A stretch of 64,000 bases of DNA. Source: Paraspadella gotoi (Eukaryota > Animalia > Chaetognatha). The stretch is taken from the NCBI GenBank assembly GCA_051294375.1, contig CM119267.1:14377694-14441693 (forward strand), read 5' to 3'. The notes under the pieces are model-generated. The model ran no database searches. It was not told the DNA's origin and saw nothing but the letters and a program-made list of their open reading frames with translations. Numbering within the stretch: position 1 is the stretch's first letter; each line of letters starts with the position of its first letter. This document shows, in pieces, positions 25,276 to 37,693 of the stretch. The translations under genes were made by a program, and so were the position numbers.

Positions 25276-28200
25276 ATGTTCACTGCCGTCAGAAGTTCAA
25301 AAGAAATTCGTTGTTCCTCCAGAATTTTAATTAAAATACGGCAAGCACTTTCTATTGTTCCGAGTAATGCCTCACCGTTAAATTGGAAAATATTGATAGC
25401 TTCTACATTGGGCATTTTTGCCCTTAGTCTTCACACTACTAGTATTTACTCTTTTATTACTCAGGTACAACTACAAATAATATTAAAATTGAAAGTATCA
25501 CATAAAAACAATGTCAGACCTTGTAAGGAAAGTAATTTTAGTCAAGTTATCGCGCATTTATAAATATATTTTTTTTATAAAAAAGCTTTTCTCATCGATT
25601 TGTACGTATGGCTAAAGTAGATATGGCCGAAGAGAGAGTTTGGAAAATAATTCGTATTTTTTCGGAAATTTTCAAGTTGCTTCGCGATCTCGGAACAGCG
25701 GAAACGAATGTACCCTACTATGCAGGCTTGGCCTCTTCTGGATTCTACTCGGGAGCATTTGTTGGGTCAAACCTTTGTGGTTGTCTATGTGATAGGATCG
25801 GTCGTCGACCTGTTTTACTCGTTTGTTTATTTATCAGTATTGTCACAAGGTATTTAATATATTTAATGTATAAAAGGGCGTCTGAAGAGCGGGGAGTTGC
25901 CCATTTCACCGCCGTTGCATAGCTAAGGGCTTCCGACCCTCCGTGGTCTCTGCCTACCATGGGCGTTTTTACGTACGTATATTAATCCCTCCCAGTCATA
26001 CTTGCCTTAGGGACCTGTATCTCTTGTCAGGGGTTGAATATCAAAATTCGCATCGATAGTTCCATTTATATCGTCATTAGGACTCTATATAAAATTTAAT
26101 GAAATTCGATCGGGTAGTTTGGTGGGAACAGATTTTGGTCACAAAAAACGGGTACCTCATTTTATAATATAAAGCCTTTTGTACAGTCATTAAACTCAAA
26201 TCCTATTTTTTCCCAAAAATAGTATTTATTTGGCTTTCGTACCCAACTATGCCTGCTTGGTGTCCGCTCGTGTCATCGCTGGTCTGATTAGCGGAAGCTT
26301 CGCAACTTTCAAAGCCGTCATCGGCGACGTTTCCGACGACAGCAATGTCGCCGTGGGATTCTCGCTCTACGCCGTCGGTTGGAGCACTAGTGTCATGGTT
26401 GGGGCTTTAATCGGGGGAATGTTATCGGAGCCGGTGAAAAAATACCCAGCAATATTCGGCTTGGATTGTCTCGTAGTTTTTTCCGACCGCCCATACCTCC
26501 TCCCCTGTTTGGTCGTGTCATCCATCAACGCACTGGCGTTTGTTCTCTGTATCTTTGCCCTGGACGAAACTAAAGGGCTGTTGATCGCCAAGAAAAGACA
26601 AATCGCTTTCGACGTAAGTTCCGACAAAGGCCTAAGGTCGGACCGCGAGTCGCTGGGAGAAGCCGACGATTTTAACAACAACCGCGAAAAGAATAGAAAG
26701 GAGTCGCGAGTGCGCAAAATATCCCACCCGAGTTTACCAGCCTTTCAGGACGTTTCAATAATCACGCAATCTTTAGCCCCTCTTCATTCTTGTCCCGCGA
26801 TCCCTTCTTCGGATGGGTGGGATTCACCTGGCGACGTGGGAGTCGAATCTCGCCGAATCGCCAATGAAGCGTCGCCCCTATTGAAACATGCTGAACCGTC
26901 CGTCTTGCATGTCTTGCGCCAAAGGGGTCCGTTGATCGCCATGTGTATGTACGGATTGTATTCGTTTATAAATGTTTGTCTCGACGAGACGACACCGGGT
27001 GAGGAAATCTTTTGGCTTCGAAATCCGTTGCCCAAATAACGTTTAGTAATTCTGATTTTTCGTAATCTCCGCAGTCTGGGTTGCGACTAATCCCATTTAT
27101 GGTGGACTAAATTTCACGACTAGCGAAATTGGCATGTTGACAGGATCGCCGGCTTTTTTCATTGTGTTACTTTCGCTATATCTTGCCCCACTGACGCTGG
27201 GAATAATCGGAGCAAAAAAAGCATTTATTTTTGGAATGTTGACCGTGCTCGTTACCATACCCATGTTTATATCGGTTAACTTGATCATTCCAGGTCAATT
27301 AATGATGGAATCTAAGGCTTTATGATAATATAAAATCATAATTGATAATTAACTTGATTAAAGAATATTAAATTAAAGAATTAACTGAAAAAACCTAAAA
27401 AGTACTAAAAAAACGTGAATTTCAATATTTTTGCTTTTCAACACTCCTGGCTCGGGCGAAAAAGTTTTTTTTTTAGATAAAACATTTTTAGTTGAAAGAG
27501 TTTAGAAATATTACTGTGAAACTTTAATCTCAGTTGCATATTGGAGTAAGCCATTTTATCTCAAATCTTTTATTTTGGTACCAAGGTAAAATTCCCAAGG
27601 TTTTGTAAAGATATTCCAACCCGTCCTGTCAGAAGCTTGCCAGACTATCATATTATTGTCGGATTCAAATGTGTCTAATATATAATATATATCCTTAAAT
27701 TAGTACATAGAGGCTAGTGATTCAAAACTTAGAATAGTATTTACCATCAGAATTTATATTTATTGTATTTATACATGTATTTATAATACACGTATAAATA
27801 GCCATAGCCGATGAAATTTAAATGTAATATATACAGCGTTAAAATAATCTATCATGAGCATAGATTATTGTATTAAAATATTTTTTGTCAAAAATGCTTT
27901 CTTTTGAGGCTACTAGCCTAATTAAAAATATTATATTACTATATAGAGCAAAATGTTTTATTTTAAAATTTTTTTAATGGATTCTGATAGAGTATAAAAA
28001 GTTAACAATAAATATATTTACAACTTTTAAAAATTCTTACGTATTCTAAGTGAAAATATAACAAGTTTGAGCAAACAATGTCGAATCTGCCTATGATAAT
28101 TAAGCGGTTATTAGATAATCAGATGATAAATGATGATAATTCTTTCAATTTGTGATCCTAACGGATCATAACATATCGTACCATACCAAACCAGTAATAC

Positions 28201-29446
28201 AAACAAATGATTTTTTAACTATTATTATTTTTCGACTCGCATTATTTTTTTAACTTGCATCATTTTTTCGACTTGCATCATTTTTTTAAATTTGCATAAT
28301 TATTTCATCTTGCATCATTTTTTTTAACTTGTATCATTTTTGCAACTTGCATCATTTTTTTTCACTTTAATTAATTAATTTATAAATTAATTAAATAATT
28401 GAGGCATAAACAATAAAAATTCAAGTCAACTTAAGTTTTTTCCATGTACGGACGGCCATCATTTTTTTTTCATAATTTATCATAATTTGAGGTTCTGATA
28501 TGATAAAAATTATTTTACGACAGATTTTGGGTAGGAGGACCGACGGACCGACAGTGAATTATAGAGTCGGAATGTTCTTATAAGCAGTCCGTCTAAAAAA
28601 ACTGATAAAATCATCGAAAGATGTTTTTTTAAAGTTTTTCTTATTTTTGACACACTTATCATAAAAATATTTAAAAAAGAATTTTACTTTGTACAGACAA
28701 CTTTTTATGAGCTATCTGAATCAGGCCTTAAAATTTAAAAATATGAAGAAAAAAAAAATTTTGCTTTCAACTCGTATCATTTTGTCAACTCGCTCGATTC
28801 CATCGAAACTTTATATCCAGCTACATCACACACTTTCCTACCCACACACAAAATTTAATCTCAATCTATCCATCTAATTTATGTTTAATTAGAGTAATTA
28901 TGGGTTAAAACTAGTAAAAACATTTAAGTTAATGTTATATAATATATATATATAATATTATATATAATATTATATATATAATATGTTATAAAAATATACT
29001 GTCATTCGCGATTTAATCAACTGAACATTAGTTTTTATTATCATTCATTGTAATTTTGCATTAATTTTAATAATAAGTTTGTCTAACAAACAGATCCTTC
29101 GCAGAAGAACCACTTGCTGTATTACCTCGCCGTTGTCTGGATAATCTTGAAATTGGGTGGCGCCCTGTCTTTTATATCCTTATCTTGTATTTGCAACAAT
29201 TGCGTTCCGCGTTGTTACATAGGAATCATGAATGGGGTCGCGACAAGCATATCCTATTTTACGCGTATTTTGGGCCCTTCGTTTGCGGGATCAGTGCTTT
29301 CCTGGAGTCTTTCTCCTACGGAGGACGGATCGAAGAAACCATTCCCGCTAGACTATCATTTTGTGTATTTTTGTCTCGATGCGGTTGTCTTTCTTGTTAT
29401 GGTAGTAGCTTTCTTTTCACCTCGTTCGTGCGACATAAAAAGATAA
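25276..29446 (+). CDS. MFS transporter, ZIFL/DHA1-like; exons 25276-25464, 25677-25849, 26223-26998, 27075-27293, 29094-29446
   Basis: Motif A GCLCDRIGRRPVLL, GALIGGMLSEPVKKYP, PYLLPCLV, VWVATNPIYGGLNFTTSEIG and GIMNG..RILGPSFAG. All four introns are GT-AG with compatible phases. Confidence 0.9.
25875..26156. mobile_element. Repeat fragments in MFS intron 2 (GC-rich SINE-like piece plus a DNA-transposon end)
   Basis: 26110-26156 (atcgggtagttt..ggtcacaaaaaacgggtac) is the reverse complement of ~16970-17017 (gtacccgttttttgtgacc..aaactacccgat). Confidence 0.45.
28060..28920 (+). mobile_element. Interspersed repeat, Helentron/HINE (DINE-1)-like non-autonomous element
   Basis: Blocks gcaaacaatgtcgaatctgcct..taattaagcggt, gtgaattatagagtcggaat and cacactttcctacccacacacaaaattt recur at 62210-62520 (+) and 60285-60665 (-). 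Family assignment is inferred from GTCC/GTCG microsatellite-like tracts. Confidence 0.55.
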
Positions 29447-29642
29447 AATCTTCAAATTCATTAATGTTTCGATAACTGATATTTTTCAACTATACAAACA
29501 CATGTGATAAAAACAAAATAATTTATACTATATTTCTATTATATTCTTGTTAACCTTTTTACTTTGTCTTTATTTTAAAACCAATTTTTTTCAGGTGTGC
29601 CGCGTTTTTGTTTGAAAATAAACTTAGATTAAAACTGATGTG

Positions 29643-31365
29643 ATGAAGGCGAAGCGAAGGTCCGCGTCTTCAACGGAGGCGTGGACTTTGCGCCGAAGCA
29701 AGCGTCTGCGGGAGACGGAGTCGCGATGCAATCAAGTGGGAACTCGTCGTCGGGATCCTCCGTTTACCTCAACACCTCACTTTATTCCTCAAGGGGAATT
29801 CCCACTTTCGAGTCTCCTTCGTCTCGACGTTCCTGTTTTCGAGCACCTTCTCCCCTTTATTTCCCTTTCCGACCTCGCCGCTCTGGAAATGGTGGACCGA
29901 AACTGCTTACGGATTGTTCGCGAAAAGTCCTACTGGAAGCACAAGCTTTCCCTTTTCCTCAAAGACAATTCCCTGGCGGAAAGGCTTTTCGCCAAGTATA
30001 CGACCAACATGCGCCCAGACCATCAGCTCTACCACCGACGCCTCTACACCAAACTAAAGGTCGATCTCTCCAGGTTGGAGCGAAACCTCTCCCGTTCTCA
30101 CTACCGTGAATCTTCTGTCTGCCTGCCTTCCGAGTGTAACTCGGTCGCCACGGACACGACCGGTCGCTTCGTATTCGCCGCCGGTGAAAACCAGGTCGAC
30201 GTTTTCGCCATCGCCGAGACTCGAAAGGGCGCCGTTCTCAAGCTACGCCATCACGTCAATTGGGAGGGAAAGCTACCGAACTACGACGGCGTTGATGAGA
30301 ACGCCACCCATTCGTTCCTAGTCAAGTCTCTGGGGGAACTGGTATTCGTGGCTCACTACGACGGCCTGGTTTCGGTTTGGAACTGGCGAGATCAGTCCCT
30401 GATCCACATGATTCGCGACAACGTCGAGATGGAGGAAGATCTCGACCACTACTACGACATTCCCGTCATCACGGCCATGCAGGTCAGGCAAGACAAACTG
30501 GTCATCGGTCTATGGTCCGAGGGACCCGTCACCGTCTACCGGGTGGGTGATAATCCCGAGGATTTCTCCGTCGTCGGTAAAGTCATTTTGGAGGGATACG
30601 CTTCAGTCCACGCCGTCGATATCGACGCCCATCTAGTCGTCGTCGCTTACGATCGCTCCCCCGGCTACGTCCATCAAATATGCGTTTGGGACCTGGAAAA
30701 GGCTGCTCCGACAAGGTTTATCTCGGCGCCGGACGTCAAGTCACTTTGCTTCAACGCTGCCCAGGGAAAGCTGTTGGCCGGAGCTACAAGAATAGAGGTT
30801 TCCGCACCTCTTCTTCAGGTACGAGGGGTTACTAATTTTTTTTATTTAGTATAATTTTTCTTAGATTGAATAATGAATGGTTTTCTTTTGGTCTTGCCTG
30901 ATTATTCAGACTTTAGTTTCTTTCTACCAACCTTTCCTCTGTCCACAACACCCTTCGTCCCTTCCCGTAACTTGTTTTCCCTAACTTGTTCGGCCTAATG
31001 CTTTATCTTTCCAGCTGTTCGACCTAAACGACGGTCAGGCAATAGTCTCTTTCAAGACCGAAAAGGGAGACCCATCTGACCGAGAGATGGACTACATTGA
31101 GGACTTTTTCTTGGAAGGTGGGGCATGTGTTTGGACCGACTGGTGCGACAAAATCGTTCTCGGCTACACTAGCGGATCCGTCGCCTTTTACAGCTTTGAG
31201 ACTCTCGATCCGCACCCGACGGCCTTCTTCAAGCGCAAACGCTTCTCTGATACGTACCCGTGTTGGATCAAAGACATTTCCTTCGACGGAGCCTATTTGG
31301 TGTTCAATCATGAGTCTGACGTTTGCCTATTCGACTTTTTATCTCTTTCCTCTTCAAAATTTTGA
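29643..31365 (+). CDS. F-box / WD40-repeat protein; exons 29643-30818 (alternative donor after 30797) and 31015-31365
   Basis: F-box-like LLRLDVPVFEHLLPFISLSDLAALEMVDRNCLRIV..W, then WD-like DGLVSVWNW, QICVWDLE, LFDLNDG and VCLFDF; in-frame GT-AG intron. Confidence 0.8.
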
Positions 31366-31554
31366 AACTGTTATGAACTTTTTTTCACAATCAGTTTATG
31401 CTTACCAGTGGAGTAGTATTGTTGTTCCTTTACATTAGAAGAAAAATATTTCATAATTATTGAATTGCCCGGCCTTTTTTCTTTTTTCAGATTGATCTAC
31501 TCAATTTTGTCAAGATGGCAACACTCGAACGTTTTCGAAACATTTGACAGAAAA

Positions 31555-32787
31555 ATGGCTTCCGTATTGGGAAGGAACTATGCATATCTAGCAAAAAAAT
31601 CGGCAAGAAATATGGCAATCCACGAACCCGCCGTAAAAATTGAGCCGGCGACGAAAAATAATTGCGAACTTCGCTTCGACATTTTTCGGCTTCTGCCCCG
31701 ATTCCATATCATCGTCTACGCGCTTTTCCTTGTCGCACCGATCGTCCATGCTTCCTCCCCCTCCTCTGAATCTGAAGCTCCCAAAGGTCTATGGAGCGCG
31801 GCCCAATTGAAATGGGGAAAGTACCAGGGCGAAGTCCCAGATCCCGCCTCCCTTCCTCGCGGAGAACGGGAGTGTTTCATCGAAGGCCCTTCTAACGTCA
31901 CTTTCTACAAAGATAAGGGCCCTCACGCCTTCTTTCTGGTTCCCACTCGGTTTTGCTTGAAGACAATCGACGAACGTTCCACCGTGCTTGTCTCCGACAA
32001 CAAAGATCTCAATGTCTACGAAGAGTTTGTTTCTTATACCTACTATCGCTTTGACAACTGGACAATAAAAATAACCCTTAACCCGTCAATGTTGGAAGGC
32101 GACGTCAATCTGGCCATGTACCTCTACCGCGAGGGCATGAACACCGTGGTTAAGAAGGTTCGGGTGCGCGTAATCAACCCACGCGGCCCCCTCGATAACA
32201 AGGTTCTATTTCCGCGCATGTACCCCAACTCGCGCAAGTCCTACGATCATCCCAGCCTCTGCTTAGAGGCAGGCGAAAATTACACCATGCGGTTTCGCAT
32301 CAAGACGCCACTGGCGTGGCTCACGGCCAAAAAGCGAATCACCTCGCTCGTTCGCACCTTTCGTAATGGATTCACCCGCTCTTGGAGGGGTGTTCCGCTT
32401 TTCGAAGGGGATGGCCTGATCGAGGTCCAGGCTTCCGTGCCCTTTTTCGGCGTCATCGGGCAAGACTCTGATCAGTTGGAGTTGGACTTCTCCGCCATCC
32501 CGAAAAATGTCATCGACGAAAAATATCAGATCGAAATCGTCGAGTACAACGAGCTCAACTGGTTTAAACAGCTTCACCGGCCGCCCAGCGAACGCCGATC
32601 CTTCTTCATCACTGTCAACATGCGGCGACGCTGCCCCGTTGGGCGCGGCCTCGCCACCCGCCCCTCACCCCTACTTTCGTCTTCCAGGCTAATCGGGCTT
32701 TCATTTATTCTAGTCTCTCATTGGTTTCAAGCTACCTCTCGAGTTTATTTTACCGTTTTCTTGTTCTTATGCGTTTTCGTTTTTTGA
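31555..32787 (+). CDS. Orphan secreted/membrane (possibly GPI-anchored) protein, single exon
   Basis: Long clean ORF with hydrophobic segment HIIVYALFLVAPIVHA|S, a beta-rich middle with NxT sites, and a C-terminal hydrophobic tail VYFTVFLFLCVFVF. The first in-frame ATG after the acceptor at 31490 is 31555. Confidence 0.75.
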   Translation: MASVLGRNYAYLAKKSARNMAIHEPAVKIEPATKNNCELRFDIFRLLPRFHIIVYALFLVAPIVHASSPSSESEAPKGLWSAAQLKWGKYQGEVPDPASLPRGERECFIEGPSNVTFYKDKGPHAFFLVPTRFCLKTIDERSTVLVSDNKDLNVYEEFVSYTYYRFDNWTIKITLNPSMLEGDVNLAMYLYREGMNTVVKKVRVRVINPRGPLDNKVLFPRMYPNSRKSYDHPSLCLEAGENYTMRFRIKTPLAWLTAKKRITSLVRTFRNGFTRSWRGVPLFEGDGLIEVQASVPFFGVIGQDSDQLELDFSAIPKNVIDEKYQIEIVEYNELNWFKQLHRPPSERRSFFITVNMRRRCPVGRGLATRPSPLLSSSRLIGLSFILVSHWFQATSRVYFTVFLFLCVFVF

Positions 32788-34669
32788 ACAAACCACACCG
32801 TTTTTGTTTTATTAATATTATATATCACTTAAGATGGTCCTTTTTGTCAACTTTTCATTCTAGTCACGGACGTCTTCAATTTTTGAAAAGCTGAAAAAGA
32901 TGCTTCGTTTCATTTCCAATTTTTATTTTTGTTGGGAATTTTTTATTATATCGAACTGGGTGAGTGCTATTAACTCCAACTAGAAATTTCCTAGAATCCG
33001 ACTGTAATATCAGAAGGATTTTAAAAAGTACATGCGTAAATTGACACTTTTTGCAAGCTTTTACACACTTTTTAAAATTTCGTTACAACTGAATTCAGAC
33101 TGTGCTCAGGATCTCATTTTACAGACTATGTTGTTCATACGTTTTGTTTTACTCGTCCATACGTATATTATAAGTTAACTTTTTACACACACACACACAC
33201 AAGCACCCACCCACACCCAAATCCACTGGTACCGAAATCGGGAGGCGGATATTTATATCGAGCGAATTGTAAATTAGATTTGTTGTAAGTTTTTTGCTGG
33301 ATCATTGTACTTAATGCGGAGGGTTATCAAGTTAAGATTCGTTGCAAGGAGGTCGATCAGTTAATGTCACGTTATTCCAAACCATCAGATATTTAATAAA
33401 TGCTGTAAATTTTAAACTTTATTGTAAAGTAGTTAAATTGATGTTTTGTTCGCACGTAAAAAGTGGTTTTAATAGAGCTTGCATGCGACGGCAATTTAAA
33501 GTAAATTTATGATGAGGAGGTTGATCACAACTGAGGTGATGAAAGAAATATGCAAAGTGACACCGTCACCGTGTAACTTAAACTGCATTCTAAGATCTTT
33601 GCCAGAGTACTTCTATTAGAAGTTGCACACGAGGTAGTGGGGTGAGAAAAAAAAATCCCAAATCTGTCTCACGCGATAATTTTTCCCGCTTACATAAGAT
33701 CCTTGCTTACTCACAAGTGCAGTCGAATAGTACCGCCCCTACCTCCTAAGACCTTAGCGTTCGTATCGTCGGTGTTAATTCGTATAATTAGTTCTGCTGA
33801 ACATAAATCCCTAATTAGCTGCTTGAAGTTACAAGCATAGATACCTATACCTAAAGTACTATGGGTGCAGTGACAATAGAATCAGTTACCTTTGTCGGTT
33901 TTGAAAACATCAATCCTTTATAAATCGAATTAAATCTTCGGTCAATCTTTGCCCTGACATTTGTTTTTTTTCCCCCGTTTTTATGGTATCAAAATTTTAT
34001 CCGCGCCCGTGATACCCGTCGTTTTTACCTTAAGAGGAAATAATTTAACTGTATCACAATTTTGGCTATCCTGATAGCTCAGATTTCTAGCTTACTATAC
34101 GCAACTTTTTAATGCTACCATGCCCCTTGGACTAATAATATCAGATTGTTATTCAATACAAAAATCTTACGCTCTTCAGTCATCACTCCCAACTAGGAAA
34201 CGCGCCGACATGTAAATAGCAACCTTTTACGCTCTATTACGACTAGAAACAGCAAATTTGACGATTTACACATATTCCCATCAAGTTTGCTTTTAATCGG
34301 TTTTTCACCATATTATAGAAATAAATGGTGCTCTATTCTTTTGCAATAAGACCCTTTGTAATTGATATTGTCAAGTAGCACAAGATAGATGATCAAAAAC
34401 CACTAATAAAACTTGGACAGGCATATCAATTTGGTTTCACATACGTTATTTATTGTAACTATTTTGAAGGGATGCAAGCTAAATATTCAGTATACCTAAA
34501 CAATATTTTTCAAAGTAATGCGTGGTTTTAATTTTTCACACATGGGCGTTCCACTCTTTTTATACACCTCATGTAACGGGCATTTTTTTTGTTGTTCAAC
34601 TTAGTTTAAACGAGTTCACACTTATTTAAAAAAGAAATATCTTTGTCTTTATCGTTTTATTAGATTATT

Positions 34670-35959
34670 ATGGAACTTGAAAAATTTGACATTATCGCCA
34701 GGCTGCACGAACGTGGCTCTCAAGCTGAAATTGTTACCAAAATATTTTTAATGATCAACGATGACAATTTCGTAAAACTCTTAATTAAAGTATCTCCAGT
34801 TTGGGGCGAAATTATAAAGTCAGACCATGTATTATGGAGGAAGATTTGCGGGAAATGTATCCGCGTCGATTATTTGTACAAAAAAATTTACATGAGATAT
34901 GAAAAGAAAAATCTAGAATTGGCCAACTTTTTTCATCGACATTGGACAATTCGAAAAAAACAAGAATCTCTTTCAGATGCTTGGAATAATTGGTCCTGGC
35001 AAAAATCCTCCTACTATCACCACGAAAGTATATGTGCGCTGTTATATGACGATGCGAATGACCTGGTTTTTGCTGTTGATGCCAAACGAAATTTGATATG
35101 TTGGGACACAATTGATGGAATTTTCTGTTTCCTTCAACAATGGGATGGAAGGCTCATGAGAAAATTAATATGTGGCTGGGTGGACCGGTTAACCATGTCA
35201 GGAAACGGTCGCCTGTACTGCCCTACATTCAACAGACAAATTGTTTTATTAAACGTGGCAAGGAACGGACAAAACCGCGCAGTTGATGTAACCTTCAAAG
35301 AAAAATTGTCCTTTTGGGAGGAAGCCATTTCTCGTCCTCTTTTTGCTGTCAATGGGTCAATATTAATAAGCGTACATCAATTCAATCCGGACCAAACTTT
35401 AGTGCAGGTTTTTAATGTTTTGCCAAACAAAACTATTTTAATTGGACAATCGCCGCGTTTTGACGATGTTAACGCAACAGGGCTGACTGTAAATTTGAGC
35501 GGTATGGTCGCTCTTGCCTGTAAAAGAGGAGGAATTTCAAGTGTTATGTTGTTTTTAGACAACGGCCAGTTGATTCATGAGATTAATTTACCATCGAAAA
35601 ATTTTCAAATTCAAAACGTCGAGCTCAGTTCCACGCATGTTTGTATTGTCTACAATGAACATTACCAAGTTGATAGAACAGTGCTTAGTGTATACACTCT
35701 AACCGGAATGTATGTTAAGAACTTAGTGAGAAGTGGTTGGATAAATAGATGCTTCTTTCACCCTTTTTTGCCTAAGCTTGTTTTCGCTGATGATTATCGT
35801 CTGTTTATGTGGGAATTGAGCGAATTAAGTTCTTCGTTGACAACCTGTGATTCAAACGTCAGTTCTATGTTACATCTTGCTTGTGTGTACGAGTTTGGTT
35901 TACTTGCCAAAGTAGATGACACAACGTGTTCATCTATTTACCATTTGTATTATTTGTAG
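34670..35959 (+). CDS. Single-exon F-box protein with a degenerate beta-propeller
   Basis: N-terminal FDIIARLHERGSQAEIVTKIFLMI..VSPVWGEIIKSDHVLWRKI resembles the beta-TrCP/FBXW F-box; WD-like NLICWDT, LVQVFNV and LFMWEL follow in a 429-aa ORF. Confidence 0.75.
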   Translation: MELEKFDIIARLHERGSQAEIVTKIFLMINDDNFVKLLIKVSPVWGEIIKSDHVLWRKICGKCIRVDYLYKKIYMRYEKKNLELANFFHRHWTIRKKQESLSDAWNNWSWQKSSYYHHESICALLYDDANDLVFAVDAKRNLICWDTIDGIFCFLQQWDGRLMRKLICGWVDRLTMSGNGRLYCPTFNRQIVLLNVARNGQNRAVDVTFKEKLSFWEEAISRPLFAVNGSILISVHQFNPDQTLVQVFNVLPNKTILIGQSPRFDDVNATGLTVNLSGMVALACKRGGISSVMLFLDNGQLIHEINLPSKNFQIQNVELSSTHVCIVYNEHYQVDRTVLSVYTLTGMYVKNLVRSGWINRCFFHPFLPKLVFADDYRLFMWELSELSSSLTTCDSNVSSMLHLACVYEFGLLAKVDDTTCSSIYHLYYL

Positions 35960-37693
35960 ATAGTCATAACACCTAATTGTCAAACCGCGTCTAACTTTTT
36001 TGTGTGAAAGTCATTTTGGCAAGCTTTGGGTTTGACGAAATATCATATCTTTGATTAAAGTTATTTGGCTTGCATCCCCAATTGTCTAATCGCTTTTGAT
36101 TAACAACAATTATTTGTACTTTTGCCGTGGTTTTAATTTCGTTTTATGTTTTATAACAAACTATAGAAAATGATATCATGGACTTATTCGTTTACCTGAA
36201 TACAATAAATAGCTACTACTCTTTCAGTTATATAGCAATACTTTCAACAGTTAAAGAATTAGTAATTTAGTTTCGTGAAACTTGATAAATTAAAATTATA
36301 AAATTACATGTTTCATTATTTTCGGGTCGCCAGTAACTAATTAAAAAAGTAATTAAAACTAATTAAATTAAATCAACGACTTAATTTTTTGTGACGAGGG
36401 TTTTCAAAAAATTTTAAATTTTATATTTATTATTTAATGAAAGTTTTTTTCTTTTTATCATAATTTATATTTCTTCTTATCAATATTTTAATTAAACTAA
36501 ATCATATATTATTTATATATTATTGGGATGGGATGTTAGTGTTTTCTTCTAGAAATAGAGGGATCATCTATACACTGTATAGTATACAGTATTGTAACTC
36601 TCGCGGTTTCTGAAGGAGAGAAGCCATGATCGTAACAGTAACAGTATACAACACGAGGATTGATTACTTTCTGGATCGGTTTTTTAAATAGACATCACAC
36701 ATGAATGATGATTTCTGTTAGAAAATCATTGAGAAACACATAATCTCCTAAAGACTGAACAGAAAGGGAATGTATATATATGATTTTTTTTACTATTAGG
36801 GATAAGAATACAGAGTAGATTTGTATGTTATGATAGGGATACATACTGGGAAAAAGTTTTATAGGGGCACCTTTACATTTTGAATATAACTTAAAATATG
36901 ACCTCATTCTTATTTTCTTCCTTGCTCTACCTTCCTTTCTTTCTTTCTTCCTAAATTATTTCACTGGTATGATAGTATTCATAATTTTCCTAATTCGGGT
37001 AACATTAGATTTGGCTATTAAGTTTAATTTAATATTTTTTTCCGGTAAATATTGAAAAATTTTAACGTTTAAAGCTATCCTTTTAATGATGTGATTTTAT
37101 GATTTTGACAATAACCTTGGCTTGTAAAAACAAGGTTAAACAAAGCAAAGTAAATGTGGGTATCTCAGATATATAAAAAAATTCCAGGCAAATTTTGTAA
37201 CTATAACAAGCCCTAAGGTTGCTATTTTTTCTTTCCACGAGCTGGTTACACTTATTTGAAAAACAGACGGTTGAACAATGAACAACCAGAAGCGGTAGAT
37301 TAGTTTGATCTTATTTTCCGATTTTTCAAAAACTTTGCTTCACACCTACATAATAAAGCCATAATTAAGTGACATGGCAGAGTTTATAATATTCATGATT
37401 AACGACGCAAAATCGAAATATAATTTATCGTAGCTTTACTACTTTAAGTTAGTATTATATTTTTTTTAAAGCTCGAAACGAAACATTTAAAATCAGTAGG
37501 CAAGATAGATTGTTTTTTAAATGAGTAAATATGATGGTCAGTTAAGTCACCGCCTTGTATTTTGATGGCGAGTACAGCATAAACGTAACGTATAAACGTA
37601 ACATAATTAAACCAACTTAATTGATAAGAAAGCCAATTTAACGTCAAAACTTGCAGGTAAGATAGGTTGAGGCACAGCCTCATGATTGTAGAG

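Noticed and set aside
29681-30321. Alternative-frame and antisense ORFs over GC-rich exons (also 47223-47588, 48483-48857, 50924-51109, 58974-59183)
   Set aside because: Shadow ORFs of real genes with no recognisable motifs.
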